A stretch of 64,000 bases of DNA, from positions 78,246,001 through 78,310,000 of the forward strand of contig NC_045697.1 of assembly GCF_009834535.1 (NCBI RefSeq). Direction: 5' to 3'. This stretch comes from Camelus ferus (taxonomy: Eukaryota). This document shows positions 11,901 through 24,270 of this stretch, in pieces; the first letter of the stretch is position 1, and every line of letters starts with the position of its first letter. The notes under the pieces were generated by a model that ran no database searches, was not told the DNA's origin, and saw nothing but the letters and a program-made list of their open reading frames with translations. The position numbers and the translations under genes were made by a program.

Positions 11901-14900
11901 TTCCTTGTCAGATTTTGGGTTTTGGCAATTGAGGTGCATATATATCTTCCCAAACAAGTGTCTAGTTGCTGTGTATCCATGCGGGACTATTTCCATCTTA
12001 TATGTGCGCATTTACACTTGTATAGATACACCCATGAATAATGAACTGTGGAAATGCGTGCACAAGGACATAGAAAGAGACAATACATGACAGTGGGCAG
12101 TTAATGCACGTTCATTTCCATGAGTTAGGGATAACTGCATAATTCATGAATGGCAGAGAAAAGTCACAAGTGTGAATTGCATATGGGCAACTTAATATAT
12201 GTTTAATGGTGTCCCTACCATGCTAGTTAAAGGACACGTTTAAACTTCCATCAATTGTAGTTTGGGATTAAATCATTTTAAGTGGCATTATCGATAGGAA
12301 TAAAAAATCTGCTCAACATAATGTAATTTTTTCCTAATAAGGATAGAATATTTATAATCATTATATTCTGTTTTTGCTTAATTTCCCAGCACACTGGGTT
12401 TTTGTATTTTGTATTAACTATGATTTATTCATATTTTATTTTCTGCAAGGCATTCTTATAAACAAAGTTGAGTTCTCATTCTTTTTTGTTTTTGAAATTA
12501 CCTTGTGCCATTCCTTAAGCTGTTAAATTCACTGAAGACATTCAGATCATATTTGTACCACGTTTAACATACATAGGGTTGTAATGATGATGGGGATTCC
12601 ACAGAGAATAGTGATCTTTAGTTAGAACTTTAGACAAATCAGTAGTTTCTTGAATTGTATAATATAATTCCCTACGCTTTTGTTTTTCTTGGTTGGTAGA
12701 TTTAAACCATAGTACTCAGTAATTAAATATTCATTGAGAAATACTTTCTAGTGTTATTTAAACAGCACAGATAAATGAAGCAGTTAAGATGCTTCCATCA
12801 GGAGAGCAATGAGTTAGCAATTTTAAAAGATTTTGAATTCAAAGTGCTGTCTTGCCCAATAATGACACTGAGTTCTTATGGGGAATGGGTAGTTGTATAT
12901 TTACACACTTTTACACGCTGGACACGAATGCTAAATCCATATGCCAACTGACAGACCTAAAACTGTCCCTGAGAGTTATAAATTTTTATCATCACTCTGA
13001 GGAGTCAAATTTAACCTTATGCTTTATAATTAAAGTCCAGTATGTAAGGAGATCTCAATGCCCTGCTCCATTACCTCCTTTCCCGGGCAACCTCACAAAC
13101 ACAAATTAGTAGCTGTTCACATGGGTGCCCTGTGCTCCTACCGCACCCTGTGTGTCACTGTGCACCCGAGAGGAAGCAAAAGCGTTGAATCTGTCATCTC
13201 AAAGACAAAAGCATTCAGAATTTAGACAGAAACCACTACATACTTGTTTTCCAAGATCCGTGATACTTAATATATTTTCTTGTGTAGGACGAAAAGCACT
13301 TGACAGTCAAATCTATATTCCCTTACATTACATAATTGTAAGATGTACCCTTGTAAAGTACTAGAGGAAGAAGAATATTTTAAGTAGAATGAACCTAACA
13401 CTGTGTCATTAATGAAACACATGACAGAATTTCTGTCTGTATCATTGAAATGTCTACAATTTGTTAACATTGGAAAACATACTTTTCCTCTTCTACTCAT
13501 TGGAACGGACTAATGGCTCATTTTCAGGGTGGTGGTTGGAGATTCCATGGGCAATATTATTATACTCATTCTTGGGCATCAGACAGGTATTTACCAGTTT
13601 GGTTCAGGTTGTCGAGGACAACAGGAATGTTGCTATGCTGCGTCTCCAAGCCGCTGGGATGAAATCAGTTGTGACAAAGCAGTGCAGATTAAATTTGTAA
13701 CAGATACAACACCTTTGAAGTACTAGCTTGTGATTTCACAGTGGCCTTATAAGTCTTATTGCAGTATTTAAGCAGTTAGAAAGAATGCCGGTTATTAGCA
13801 GTTGAATTTTGTAAAATAGGATTTTATTGTCTTTAACTAGCCATGACAGCAGTCTGTATTATCCTAGCACAACATTTTTATAGCCATGTATTAGAGTTGG
13901 TGAGTTCACGCTCTCCATTTTCCAGGTGAATTGTTTTATCTACATGACCTCATGTCATATAAATATAGGAATATATAATTATGTACAAGTATAAGCATAC
14001 ATAATACATAAAGTATAAATATAATACATATATAATGTATGTGGAAAATTTAATAGTATTTTATAAAAGACCAAAGGAAGGCATTCTGTTTTATTTCTCC
14101 CAAATGACATTTTAATGGTCAGATATCCGAGTATTTCAGAGCTCAAGGAATGGTATGTACAAAGTGAATTAAAATATGTAATACCATAAAGCTGAACTAT
14201 TCCTTTAATAATCTTGAAAGTACAGCATTAGCGATACATAAAGCAATCATGCTTTGTTACTAAATCTGATCACTTCTAAATTTCCTGTCTTATCGTATGT
14301 CAGAGAGAGTCTGGTTCCTAAAAACAATGCCTAGAAATTTGGAGGTACACAACAAACGTCTTCTTGATGGGGCATCTGATCTCCACAGATGTTTTCTTAA
14401 GGCAGCATCTAAGGTTTAAATGTGAGTACCAAAATTTGATGCTCGTTACTTAATATTAAATTTGTGGAATACCGCTTTGTTTTAATCGCTGTACAGACTT
14501 CAATGGGTTAACTTGGTATGCGGGTCAGGTTTTATATGTTTATATTTTCTTAGCCTTGGTCAGGAGAAGTGGCTTTGCTTGCCCTTGTGCGATGTCGGAG
14601 TGGTAGGGTTTCACTCCGTTTGAAAACCTAGCACATCCCAGGAGGTTACCTTGGTGTAGATTTCTTTCCCTCTATTAAATCGCTCATTGTCGCAAAGTGA
14701 CTGGTGCTGCTGGGCTTTGAAAAGAACTTCTAAGAGGTTAAAAAAAGCTTCTGTATGAAAGGATTTTTTACTTCTGCAGACAGACTACAGTTTGCAGCTG
14801 TTTGACTTGCGACAGTGATATGGATCTGATTGTATACAGTATAGCAGGAGCCGTGGATGCAGCTGGAATAGAGGTTATAAATTTTAAAAGCGATGCAGAT

Positions 14901-17900
14901 TTTTGCCATTAATTGGCTGCTAATAAAAGCAAACTCAATGGCTTCTAACTGTGGGAGCCTGTGGCTCTGTATCTGATATCAGGAATTCATACACATTACA
15001 CAGTTTTAGTGATTCAGACCACGACTAATTGAAATATGAGGCATACTGATCAAATTTAGCATTACCAGCGTGCACTATGGTTTGGGACTGCATGGCGACA
15101 AGGTAGCATTTATTACTTATTCTCCATAACGCTGCTTGATTGAAATATCTAGCTATGTTGTCAGCAGAGGCCCAGCTGGGCTTTAGTACAGCTAATTAAG
15201 TCATTAAAAGAGAGGTCAAGCAATCTAATTCTTGCATACTAAAGTACAAAAAAGTCTTTTATTATATATTTTTTAATAAGTTAAGATTTGAATTTTTTAA
15301 GAAATTTCTTTTGAATAATAAATGCATGGACCGGTTTACTTATTGGAATCTGAATTTAAATATATAGAGGGAAGAAATTATGAACTTGTTAATACACAAT
15401 TTCCAAAGCAGTTTATATGGTTATGTTATTTAGTAAGTATATTGTGCGTGTAATTCTTGAAAGTTGTCCAATAAATTAAGTACTGATTTTTAGGGATGTA
15501 GCTTCTGATGCTTTTCAACTGATTATTTCAGCATGGTGGTCTCTTTTAGGGAAAATTTTCAAAGATAAATGTAATTGAATTTTTTTTAATGCATCCTACA
15601 ACTCAAAGCCAATATATACTATTTTATTCCTTGTTTTGAGGGCTTTGGGGGTAAAAGTATGAGGTTCTAATCTTTCACTTCTCTGAAATGTTTCAAATGC
15701 CTTTTCAAACTCCTTTCCATCTCTCCGTTGGAGACAGTCTGGAGCTTCTTGATGCTGAATGAGCCAGTGGGAAGAGAAGCTTTAATTTATTTGAGTGGAC
15801 ATGTGTTAAAATGGCTCAAAACTTTTTAAAAAGTTGTGAGAATTACTGACATATTACCAAAAACACTGCTTGTTTCAAAGTGTATGCATGGTGTAATAAA
15901 AATCTAGTCTAATATTTCAAAGGATGACTATTTTACTTTCTTTTATTATTTTAATATATTTCAATAGTCTAATTTATATTTTCTCATGATAGTTTCCTAA
16001 GATAATCACTGAGCATACTAGATGTTCCTGAAACGGATTAACCACCAGATGAGTGGATATCTTGGATGCACCACATCAATAGAATTTAGAACTTTTGTGT
16101 CTTTTTTTTTCTTTCACTTTAGCTCTCAATTCGTCATGGTCTCCAGAGCTAGAGCATGAAGCTAAAATTTACTCATTTCATTACTGTATATGAATGGGCT
16201 GGGATAATTTTTAGGGAAGAAAAATATTTAAATTGTATGTTGAATTGAATGAACAATGAAAGTAATTCCTGCCTGTTATTCCTGTTCCTGTTTGGTCTAC
16301 ATCACTCATAATTAGTAGAATTAGTAAATACCATTGATTTTGGTTTTCTTCTTAGAATATTTATTGTATTATTAAGAAAATTCAAAAATCAAATAAGTAA
16401 TAAGAGGAGAGTGATTGGAGAAGCTTTAAAAAGCATGGGGAAAGTGATACAAATAGTTCAAATTACAAGTGCTGTCTTAGTTAGAAACGGCTTGAAATAT
16501 CAAATGAGGTCTGCTTTAGAAAACTCCCAGAACTGTAAGGAGACGTAGGTCTTATTCTAGTTTTCATATCTGCTGAGGGTCCATTTTCAGCATGCGATTG
16601 ACATGAGACAACTGTTCCTAATTTTTGCACTTTTATTAGAGCAGAGCATGCAGATCTAAATAAGCTCCTGCTATTTTGGCAGGACCTGTGTATTTTCAAG
16701 TGAAATCTGCACTGACATTCAGTATTTTTGTGATAATAGCTTTTCAAAAATTGAGAAACTTTGGACCACTTAAATATACCTAGTTGTTCTCTAGCTGTAA
16801 CTGCTTAAAAGCCTTTGGAAAGAAAATTGTCCAAGGTGCAGCTTTCCTTGCTAATGTGTTTAATTCTGTTGGAGAATCATCTTTATTCATACCTATTGGA
16901 GAGCCGAATGCAGTATCATAGAGATTGGACGTTGGAGCACCTGTTGTGGTATGTAGGTTATAAGAAGCTACACATTCGTAAATCAGCTCATGAAAACAGA
17001 CCTTTCCCATGATAGCCGTGTAAGTTCTGTTAAAAAGAGACTCTTGAGGTGACCACATTAAAAACATTTTTAAAACGTTAAAAAATATATTGAAACCTGT
17101 TTGTGTCTATTTCATTATTGCATATTCAGTCCATATTCAAGGTCATCTTTTCTAGAGACGAGTAACACCATGCCAGATACAGAATCATAGTAATAGACAC
17201 GAAGTAGTTTATTGTGGTTCAATATGAGAATTTCCTTTTTTTGTACCAAATATTAGGATTTTCCTCTTTGTACCAAAAAATAATTTTTGATCTCTGGTAA
17301 AAGTAACTTTTTACAGAGTAGGTTTTGTTAATAACAATAAACCTTACATGAGCCATTTGAGAGACATTTAATTAGACGTGTGATAATTAGACCAGAGAAT
17401 GATCGTGTTCTTGGAAGGGTAACTCTCACTGCTCAGTTAAAAGGAGTTCCTGCAATTAGAGTGACAAACAAATTCCTTGTCAACTCCTCCAGACCTCCTG
17501 CCTGTCTCTCAGCCTACCACTCATCAGGAGTTCTGGATGAAGATTCACACTAGTTAGGGGCCTCTTACTAATCTTTGCAGAGGAATTAGAACCCGCATGT
17601 GTTCACCTGTCTCCAGAAACATGTTCAAAAGCTTGACTGTTAATATTGTTTAAAACTGGATTCAAATAACAGACAAATGTTCCTAAGAAATTCCTGTCTC
17701 TCCTAGGAAAAAACATATTGTTTACAGTTTTTCTTCAAAATTCTTAAACATATTATTTTTGTTATCCATTTAAAATAAGTACCTCATTTTTTTCAGGATT
17801 CTGAAAGTTTACAATTTCTTAGCATAAATTTATTGTAAGGACTTTGAGTGCGGAATATGACTGAAGACCAAAAGTCTGGTCTCAAAGGAATTCTAGCTCA

Positions 17901-19449
17901 ATTTTAAAATCAGAAGTTATGGAAGGTTTTTGGGTAAGCCTGCGAATCTCTGGGCACCTGTCCAAAATGAACCTCTAAGTCTTTTGAAGTCTACCCATCA
18001 CTAATATACACAGTACAGTCTAATCCAGCTGTCTGCCCCTTTTCCTGTTTCCCTTTCTCTTTCTTCAATCTGTCCTGAGGTACCAGTAGCTACATACTGT
18101 GGGAGCTATTTAGTAGAATGAACATTGCCTCTTGGAAGTGTTCCCTTACACTGTATCCAGGGTTTGTTTGGGGGAGGGCTTGGGGAGGGGACAGATAATG
18201 CTTTAGTCATTTTTCTTTCTGGTTGGCATCCATTTACACCATAGTAATTCCTACCCACCTTTCAAATTACAAACTATTTTAGCTATCAGTAATAACAATA
18301 TCTTTGCAAGATTTGTTTTCTGTGTCAACAAAAGATCATACGACTTTAAAGAGCAGTACAGATTCACGGATGAAAATAAACAAATATAATTTTAGAAAAT
18401 CTAATTAACCCTGTTAATATTACAAGTTTTTGTATTATATACTATTAAAATTTTTGTGTGCGTTAAGACAGTGAAATGTAAAAAAAAACTTTACATTTTG
18501 CAGCTGATAGTTTGCTTAGGGACTTTATTTGAATATGTATTTATTTCAAAGTTAAAATAATTTTTTTGTTAAGGATGGATTTTGGATAAAGATAGAACAA
18601 TTAAAATTACAGCAAAGAAAAGTCTAAGCTTAGTTTCTAAGAAATCTTTGTTATAGATTCAATGAAAAATTTGGATTGTGGTTAGGAGATATTTCAGCTA
18701 ACCAAAATACTTCAAATAGTGTGCCTTTTGAGAATCTTTCCTTTCTTGGTCATTTTGTACTGTTCATAATCAGATATTCATTTTTTGGGGACTCATTCTA
18801 TTGAACTGTTTCTGAAACGGAAATTCTTTAGATACTTCTATGCATATCTTCCAAAAACAGAGGCAGAGTCAATTTAAAGAATTTTATGTTGTTATCACAG
18901 AACTTCACACAAGTTAACGAAAAACACAGGGCAAGAGCAGAGAAGCCAGTTTCATCACCGCTCAGACCTGTGTAATAAAGCTCGATTTTATGTAAATAAA
19001 AGACTGATGAGTTGGAGGGAAGAAAGATCATGACTGGAGAAAAGACTGCAAGTTCTGGTAAAGAAAGTGTTTGGAGACTTTTCTTTTTTCTCTATTCACC
19101 ATTTCCTTCTTGTTTTTCTCCTTCTCTTTATGATAAAAATCACCAAAGCACTGAGCAGTTCTTGTGTGCAGATCATTAACTCAAGGGCTGTGAAGTCTTA
19201 CGGATGGAAAAATGGATGCTCACAATCTTAAAAAATTAGTAAATGAACAAACCAAACACATATACTGTATCATTTAGAAATCTATTCTTATGTCAGCCCT
19301 CCCCAGTGATATTGGGCAATTTACTAAATAAACATTTCTAAAATGTATATATTTTAAATTTCTCATATGAAATAGTTACCCAATTACTTTTGGGGTTTGT
19401 GGGGAGAAAAAGATGAGAAAATATCTGTTAAGGAACTTTGAAGATTTAA

Positions 19450-20957
19450 TTTCATTCCAAATTCTAACTGGCTTTTCTGGGAAGCTTACAAGCTGATCCT
19501 AAAATTCAAACGGAAAAGAAAAGGACAAAGAATAATCAAGACACTTTCTGAAAATTAAGAAAAAGAAAGTGTTGATGCCATTAAGCTATAGTAATCAAGA
19601 TAAAGTACTATGAAATAGTGGTAAACAAACAGACCAGAATGCAGAGCTTAGACAGAAATGCCTTCATAAATGAAGACTTGGTATAGAATAGGGGCTGTTT
19701 CATGACATATTGATAAATTATTCAAAATGATATATTACTCAAAAAATGACACTAGAACAAATAGTTTAGCCACATTAAAAAATGTAACATAAAATATGAG
19801 ATAAATTAAATATCTTAATGTGAAAAGCAATGGTTTGAATCTGTTGGGAGAAAATATAATATCAGGGCAGAAGATGACCAAAAAACACATACACTGTAAA
19901 GAAAAAGGTTGATTATATTAAGATAAGAAAAAAATTCTGCATAGCAAAGAATTATATAAAACATAGGAGGAGATAGAGTAAAACTGGGAGAAGATATCTG
20001 CAATGTATACAGATAGTAATGTGTTAACATACAGCGTATATAAAGAATTTCTACAAATTAAGAAGTAAGAGACCTGCAGCACAATAGAAAAATGGGCAAA
20101 AGATAAGAACAAGGACTTCTCAGAATAGGCAAACCAATAAAGCAGAAAAAACAATGGAAAGATGCTAAGAGGCATGAAATGTACATTGCAACAACGATAA
20201 GCTATTATTAGCACATACTGGGTTGGCAGAAATTGAAAGTCTGGAAAATACCAAGTGTTGATGAGGACATGAAGAAGTGGGAGCTTTTATGAGCTGCTTG
20301 TGTGAATGTAATTTGGAATAATAACTTTACAGAATATTTAGCATTTTAGTAAATGGGAGAGTCCTCATACTTTCAAAAAGTTTGGAAAATGGAGATGATA
20401 ATTAGAAAACCAAAGAAATCCTATACTTTGCTACTTGCATAGAAGGCTATATACAAAGATGTTTATTCCAGCACTCTTTGCAGTAGGAAAAATGGAACAT
20501 AATAAATTTCTATTAGTGACCATGGGCTAAATAAAATGTGATATAATCATGCAACGGAATAGTACAAAACAGTTGAGATAAATGATGTAAAGGTACATGT
20601 ATCAACAAGGAGAAAACTAGGAAGCCTAATGATAAGTGAAAACGTAGGCTGCAGAAACATAGAGAGTACATCGTTTTATAATGCTTGATAAAACAAAACC
20701 ATTATATACCATTTGCAGATAAAATATATACATAGTGAAAAACACAGATGTGAAACATATACATCTAACTTCAGAATATTAACTCTGTAGAGGGAAGAAA
20801 AGAGGGAAATGTGATCTGGGGTAGGGTCAAAGGGGTTTGAACTCTATCTGTAGTATGTTCTCTTAGAAATTACAAATACAACAACATGTTAAAAGTTCTT
20901 TACAATTGTCATAGTCTATGCACTTTTCTGTTTGATCGAAATACAAATTTCAAGAAA
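19450..20957 (+). mobile_element. old 5'-truncated LINE-1 (L1ME-like), ORF2 3' part plus 3' UTR, decayed
   Basis: L1 landmarks in order: acaagctgatcctaaaattca, gctatagtaatcaaga, aaactgggagaagatatctgcaa, aatagaaaaatgggcaaa, ataccaagtgttgatgagga, atgtttattccagcactctttgcagtagg, then an A-rich 3' UTR. No open frame. Confidence 0.9.
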
Positions 20958-21049
20958 TTGTTGGGGCAACTGTTAGATATTGTTCATGTTTATTAAAAAT
21001 AATTACCCCAAGTTAAATTATATGAACTTGCAATCAAGTGAATTATATT

Positions 21050-21459
21050 GAGTTTGGGATTCATAAAATTTAGAATCTTGGAGGAGGAGCCATGCAGAGG
21101 TGAAATCAGACTTCTTGAGGGGACTCTGGCTGGCTGGAGGGGGTGTCTTTAAGCAGAAAGATGAAGCTGGCCTGGGAATATGGGGAGACTACAAATTGGA
21201 GTCACCTGCTGCTGCTGGAGTAAATATCCACTGCCAGGTTGAAGGATTGCTAAGGTTGTGAGAGAGAAACAGGAAGGACCAAGTCCCCTCTCCCTCCTCC
21301 CGCCTCCTCATCTCCCTCTGGTGTCCTCCAATGTTGGACCTTAAAGGGGAACAGCCAGCAAGGCTTCAATGGATTGCAGAGTCCCAGCCCTAGAATCACA
21401 AAACAGAGCATGGAAGTGTAGTTGTAGAGTTGAGAGTCAATAACTTAATAACAAGCACA
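21050..21459 (-). mobile_element. ERVL-type LTR, LTR41-like, 3'-truncated
   Basis: Reverse complement starts TGTGCTTGTTATTAAGTTATTGACTCTCAACTC and continues gggctgggactctgcaa...ctcctccaagattctaaatttt, colinear with the LTR41 consensus as I recall it. Subfamily not verified. Confidence 0.7.
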
Positions 21460-21929
21460 TCAGAGAACACCAGCTTCCTGTCATCCCAAACTCCAGAATA
21501 TCTCTCTGTTTATAACGGTAAAAGTAGAGGCTGCTTACATTTCCTCGGCCCATTTCACACAGGCCTGCAGGAAGTGAGCATTATTCTAGCCTCTCCGTGC
21601 TGCTTCCTTGTAGGCAATTCTGCTTCCACACTCATGTTAATAAATGAGGACCCTCATGCGTTAATAATCCCTCCACGTCCCATTGTTGGGTTTTCCGCAG
21701 CTCTCGTTCCCACAAACAGAAACTTTAGCAAGTGATTCAGTCTTCCTCTGGATCTCAGCTCCTACCACGGTCTTGAAGAATAACAGCGTTGATGTTAAAA
21801 AGCCCATGAGAGACCCCCCCTCAGAGTTCTTCCGTCTCATGGACTTCAGTAACTCCATCTTGGCTTCACAAAAGCAATCCAACCCCGCTGCCCCATCTTA
21901 GATTTTGTAAGTTCTTGAACATCCTCCCA

Positions 21930-23372
21930 TTGTCAAATCATCTCTACTTCCTTACGTTTTTAGAATAAAACATGTCCATCTACCTCTCCCAGAATCTTCC
22001 TTCCACTTTGCTTGTTCCCTGATTTCTTGAAATCACTACTGTCTTCCTTTAACTCTCCACGTCGCTTCTTGTCTGTTGGTGCCTCTCTGGGTTTACTCTT
22101 TATCCTACTTGCCTTAGACTCTAAGAACAACACTTGAACAATATTAGTATAATTACCTTTTACTCTCATCTTTCAGCCTTATTCTCTCACTGAAGACACC
22201 TTGAAGACCACAAATCCTGGATTAATTCAAGGATCTAGATTCTTTCCTCCTGTGCTAGGAATGCTACTGGTGCCACTCCAGACTCTTGTCTTTTTTTGGC
22301 CAAGATTTGTCAAAGTACTGTCTGCCCTTGCTTTCTCCATGTCTTCATTTCTACCGACTGCAGTCTTTCCATTACTCTGCCAAATCTTCTTTTGTTTAAA
22401 ATAAGGATGACATTATAATTTTAGAATCAATGAAACTTTTCTATTGTTATGATACTTAGTCTCTCAATATATTAACGTCATTGAATTTTTCCTTCTTTAC
22501 ACTCTACCCATGTTTGATTTCAATGTTATTTTCTTCAGATTTTCCACCTTTCTGCTTTTCTATCACAGTGCATTTTTCAAGTTTTGATTTTTCAACTCTC
22601 ATCTTAAATATTGGTGTCTCTGTGACCCTTTCTCCTATTATGTGCTTTCCTACTGAGTGGTAACTTTCATTCCTGTAGTTGCAATGACCACACAATTGAT
22701 GCCTCATCTCTCTCTCTTCTGGCTCCAACCCTGCAATCCACATTCTTATCAATGCCCCATATCCACCTTGACCTATTCCACTCTATCTCTTATCACTGTC
22801 CCTTCAGTTTATCAAGTCAGGAATATGGTGGTGGATTAAATCCCAGCCTTTCCTTCTTCTGCATTCTGCACAGTTAATTTACATCAAGTCAAAAGAGTCT
22901 GCTTCCTGAAAACCTTTCGAATACGATGCTTTCTCTAAAGTCTTTGGCCCTTCCTTCTAAATCATCTCCCATCCTTCATCGTTGTTCTCTTCTAATCCAT
23001 CCTCTACACCTACCATGAAAGTACATAAAAAAAAGAGATGAATCTGCTCCCCTTCTTACCTAATATCTTTTTATATTTCTCCACTGCCTCCAGGATGCCT
23101 TTGCAAGGTATGCAAGTGACTTAGGAGTCTGGCCCCCGCCTCCTCTGCCTTTCTCCTCCATGAGGGTCCATGATACAGTTGTTCTGAACTTCTTGCCAAA
23201 CCCTAAATACATTGTGCATTTTCACATTTCTCCTGGTTTGCATGTACTGTTCCCTTCATCTGGAATAACTTCTCCCTCCACCTGTTCCATCCCTGCTTAG
23301 TCTGCTTGGAAATGTTGAATTTCCTTTCTTAGCCTTGAAGTCTCAGATTAAGCATTTTCTCTTCTGTGAAGC
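21930..23372 (+). mobile_element. fragmented L2 LINE
   Basis: Pyrimidine-rich L2 motifs: aacatgtcc, ttctaatccatcctctacacc, tgtactgttcccttcatctggaa, tctcagattaagcattttctcttctgtgaagc. The left part (21930-22600) is less certain. Confidence 0.6.
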
Positions 23373-23375
23373 AGG

Positions 23376-23622
23376 TGGAGGCATCATGTTTAACCATGAG
23401 AGCATGGTCCTTGGTGTCATCTGTATATGGTTTTTAAACCTTGATCTGCCTTGACACAGTGCATAAGGAGTCTTGATAAACCTTCAGAATTCAATGATAA
23501 TATGAGCTTCACAAACTTATTAGGTAGGATTGCATGTGATAAATGATAGAAGAGGTGAATGAGATAAAATACCTGGCCAGTATTGGACATCTGGTAGACA
23601 TTCAGTCAGTGGCTGCTATCAT
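23376..23622 (+). mobile_element. MIR SINE inserted in L2
   Basis: gagagcatggtccttggtgtca head, aggattgcatgtgataa core-adjacent segment, and tggacatctggtagacattcagtcagtggctgctatc tail. Confidence 0.6.
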
Positions 23623-23659
23623 TAATGTGACTGTGAATATTAATCATAAGTAAGATTCC

Positions 23660-23785
23660 AGAGGTTCTCATGCAGAGTCCTAACTCCATCCTACAGATCC
23701 TCTCTAGAGCTACTTAGCCCATCTAAATTTTGCATATGTCACTCTGACTCTTAAGACTGTGAGCTCCTCCAAAACAGTGGCCTCC
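23660..23785 (+). mobile_element. L2 3' fragment resuming after the MIR
   Basis: taagactgtgagctcctccaaaacag matches the L2 tagactgtgagctccttgagggcagg motif. Confidence 0.5.
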
Positions 23786-24129
23786 AAGTTAACTTAACTA
23801 TGCCAAACCTCATTACTGAGAGGATTTGAAACAGTGTATAAGAAGAGATACATAACATTGGAATAAGATGTATAGCTATAAGAATTATGACAAAAGGACA
23901 ACATGGTTAGAATAAAATAAAACCAGAGTAAATATGTTCATAAGAGTGTGTGTGGTGTAGTCCTGGACAATTCCCATGATGGGTAACAGGCTTATCTGTG
24001 AGCTTCCTAGTGGGCAAGGTCAAGAGGGAAACAAAATTCATAACATTTACAAAGGAAAGGCAAAGCTTTTCCTGGAACTGAGACATATTTTTGATGCATT
24101 CATCAAAAAGTGAAACTGTTGTGCACTGT

Positions 24130-24270
24130 GGACACTTGCTACTCAAATTGTGGTTCTTCGGCCAATATCAATAGAAGCTGGTCAGACATGTGGAATCTCA
24201 GGCCCTACCCAAAACTGCTAATCCACATGTTGACAAGATTCCCAGCATTCAAGCTTGGGACTGCCGCTAG
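24130..24270. mobile_element. MER5-like hAT-Charlie non-autonomous DNA transposon
   Basis: tgctactcaaattgtggt...gaatctcaggccctaccc...acaagattccc is the typical MER5A layout. Confidence 0.75.
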
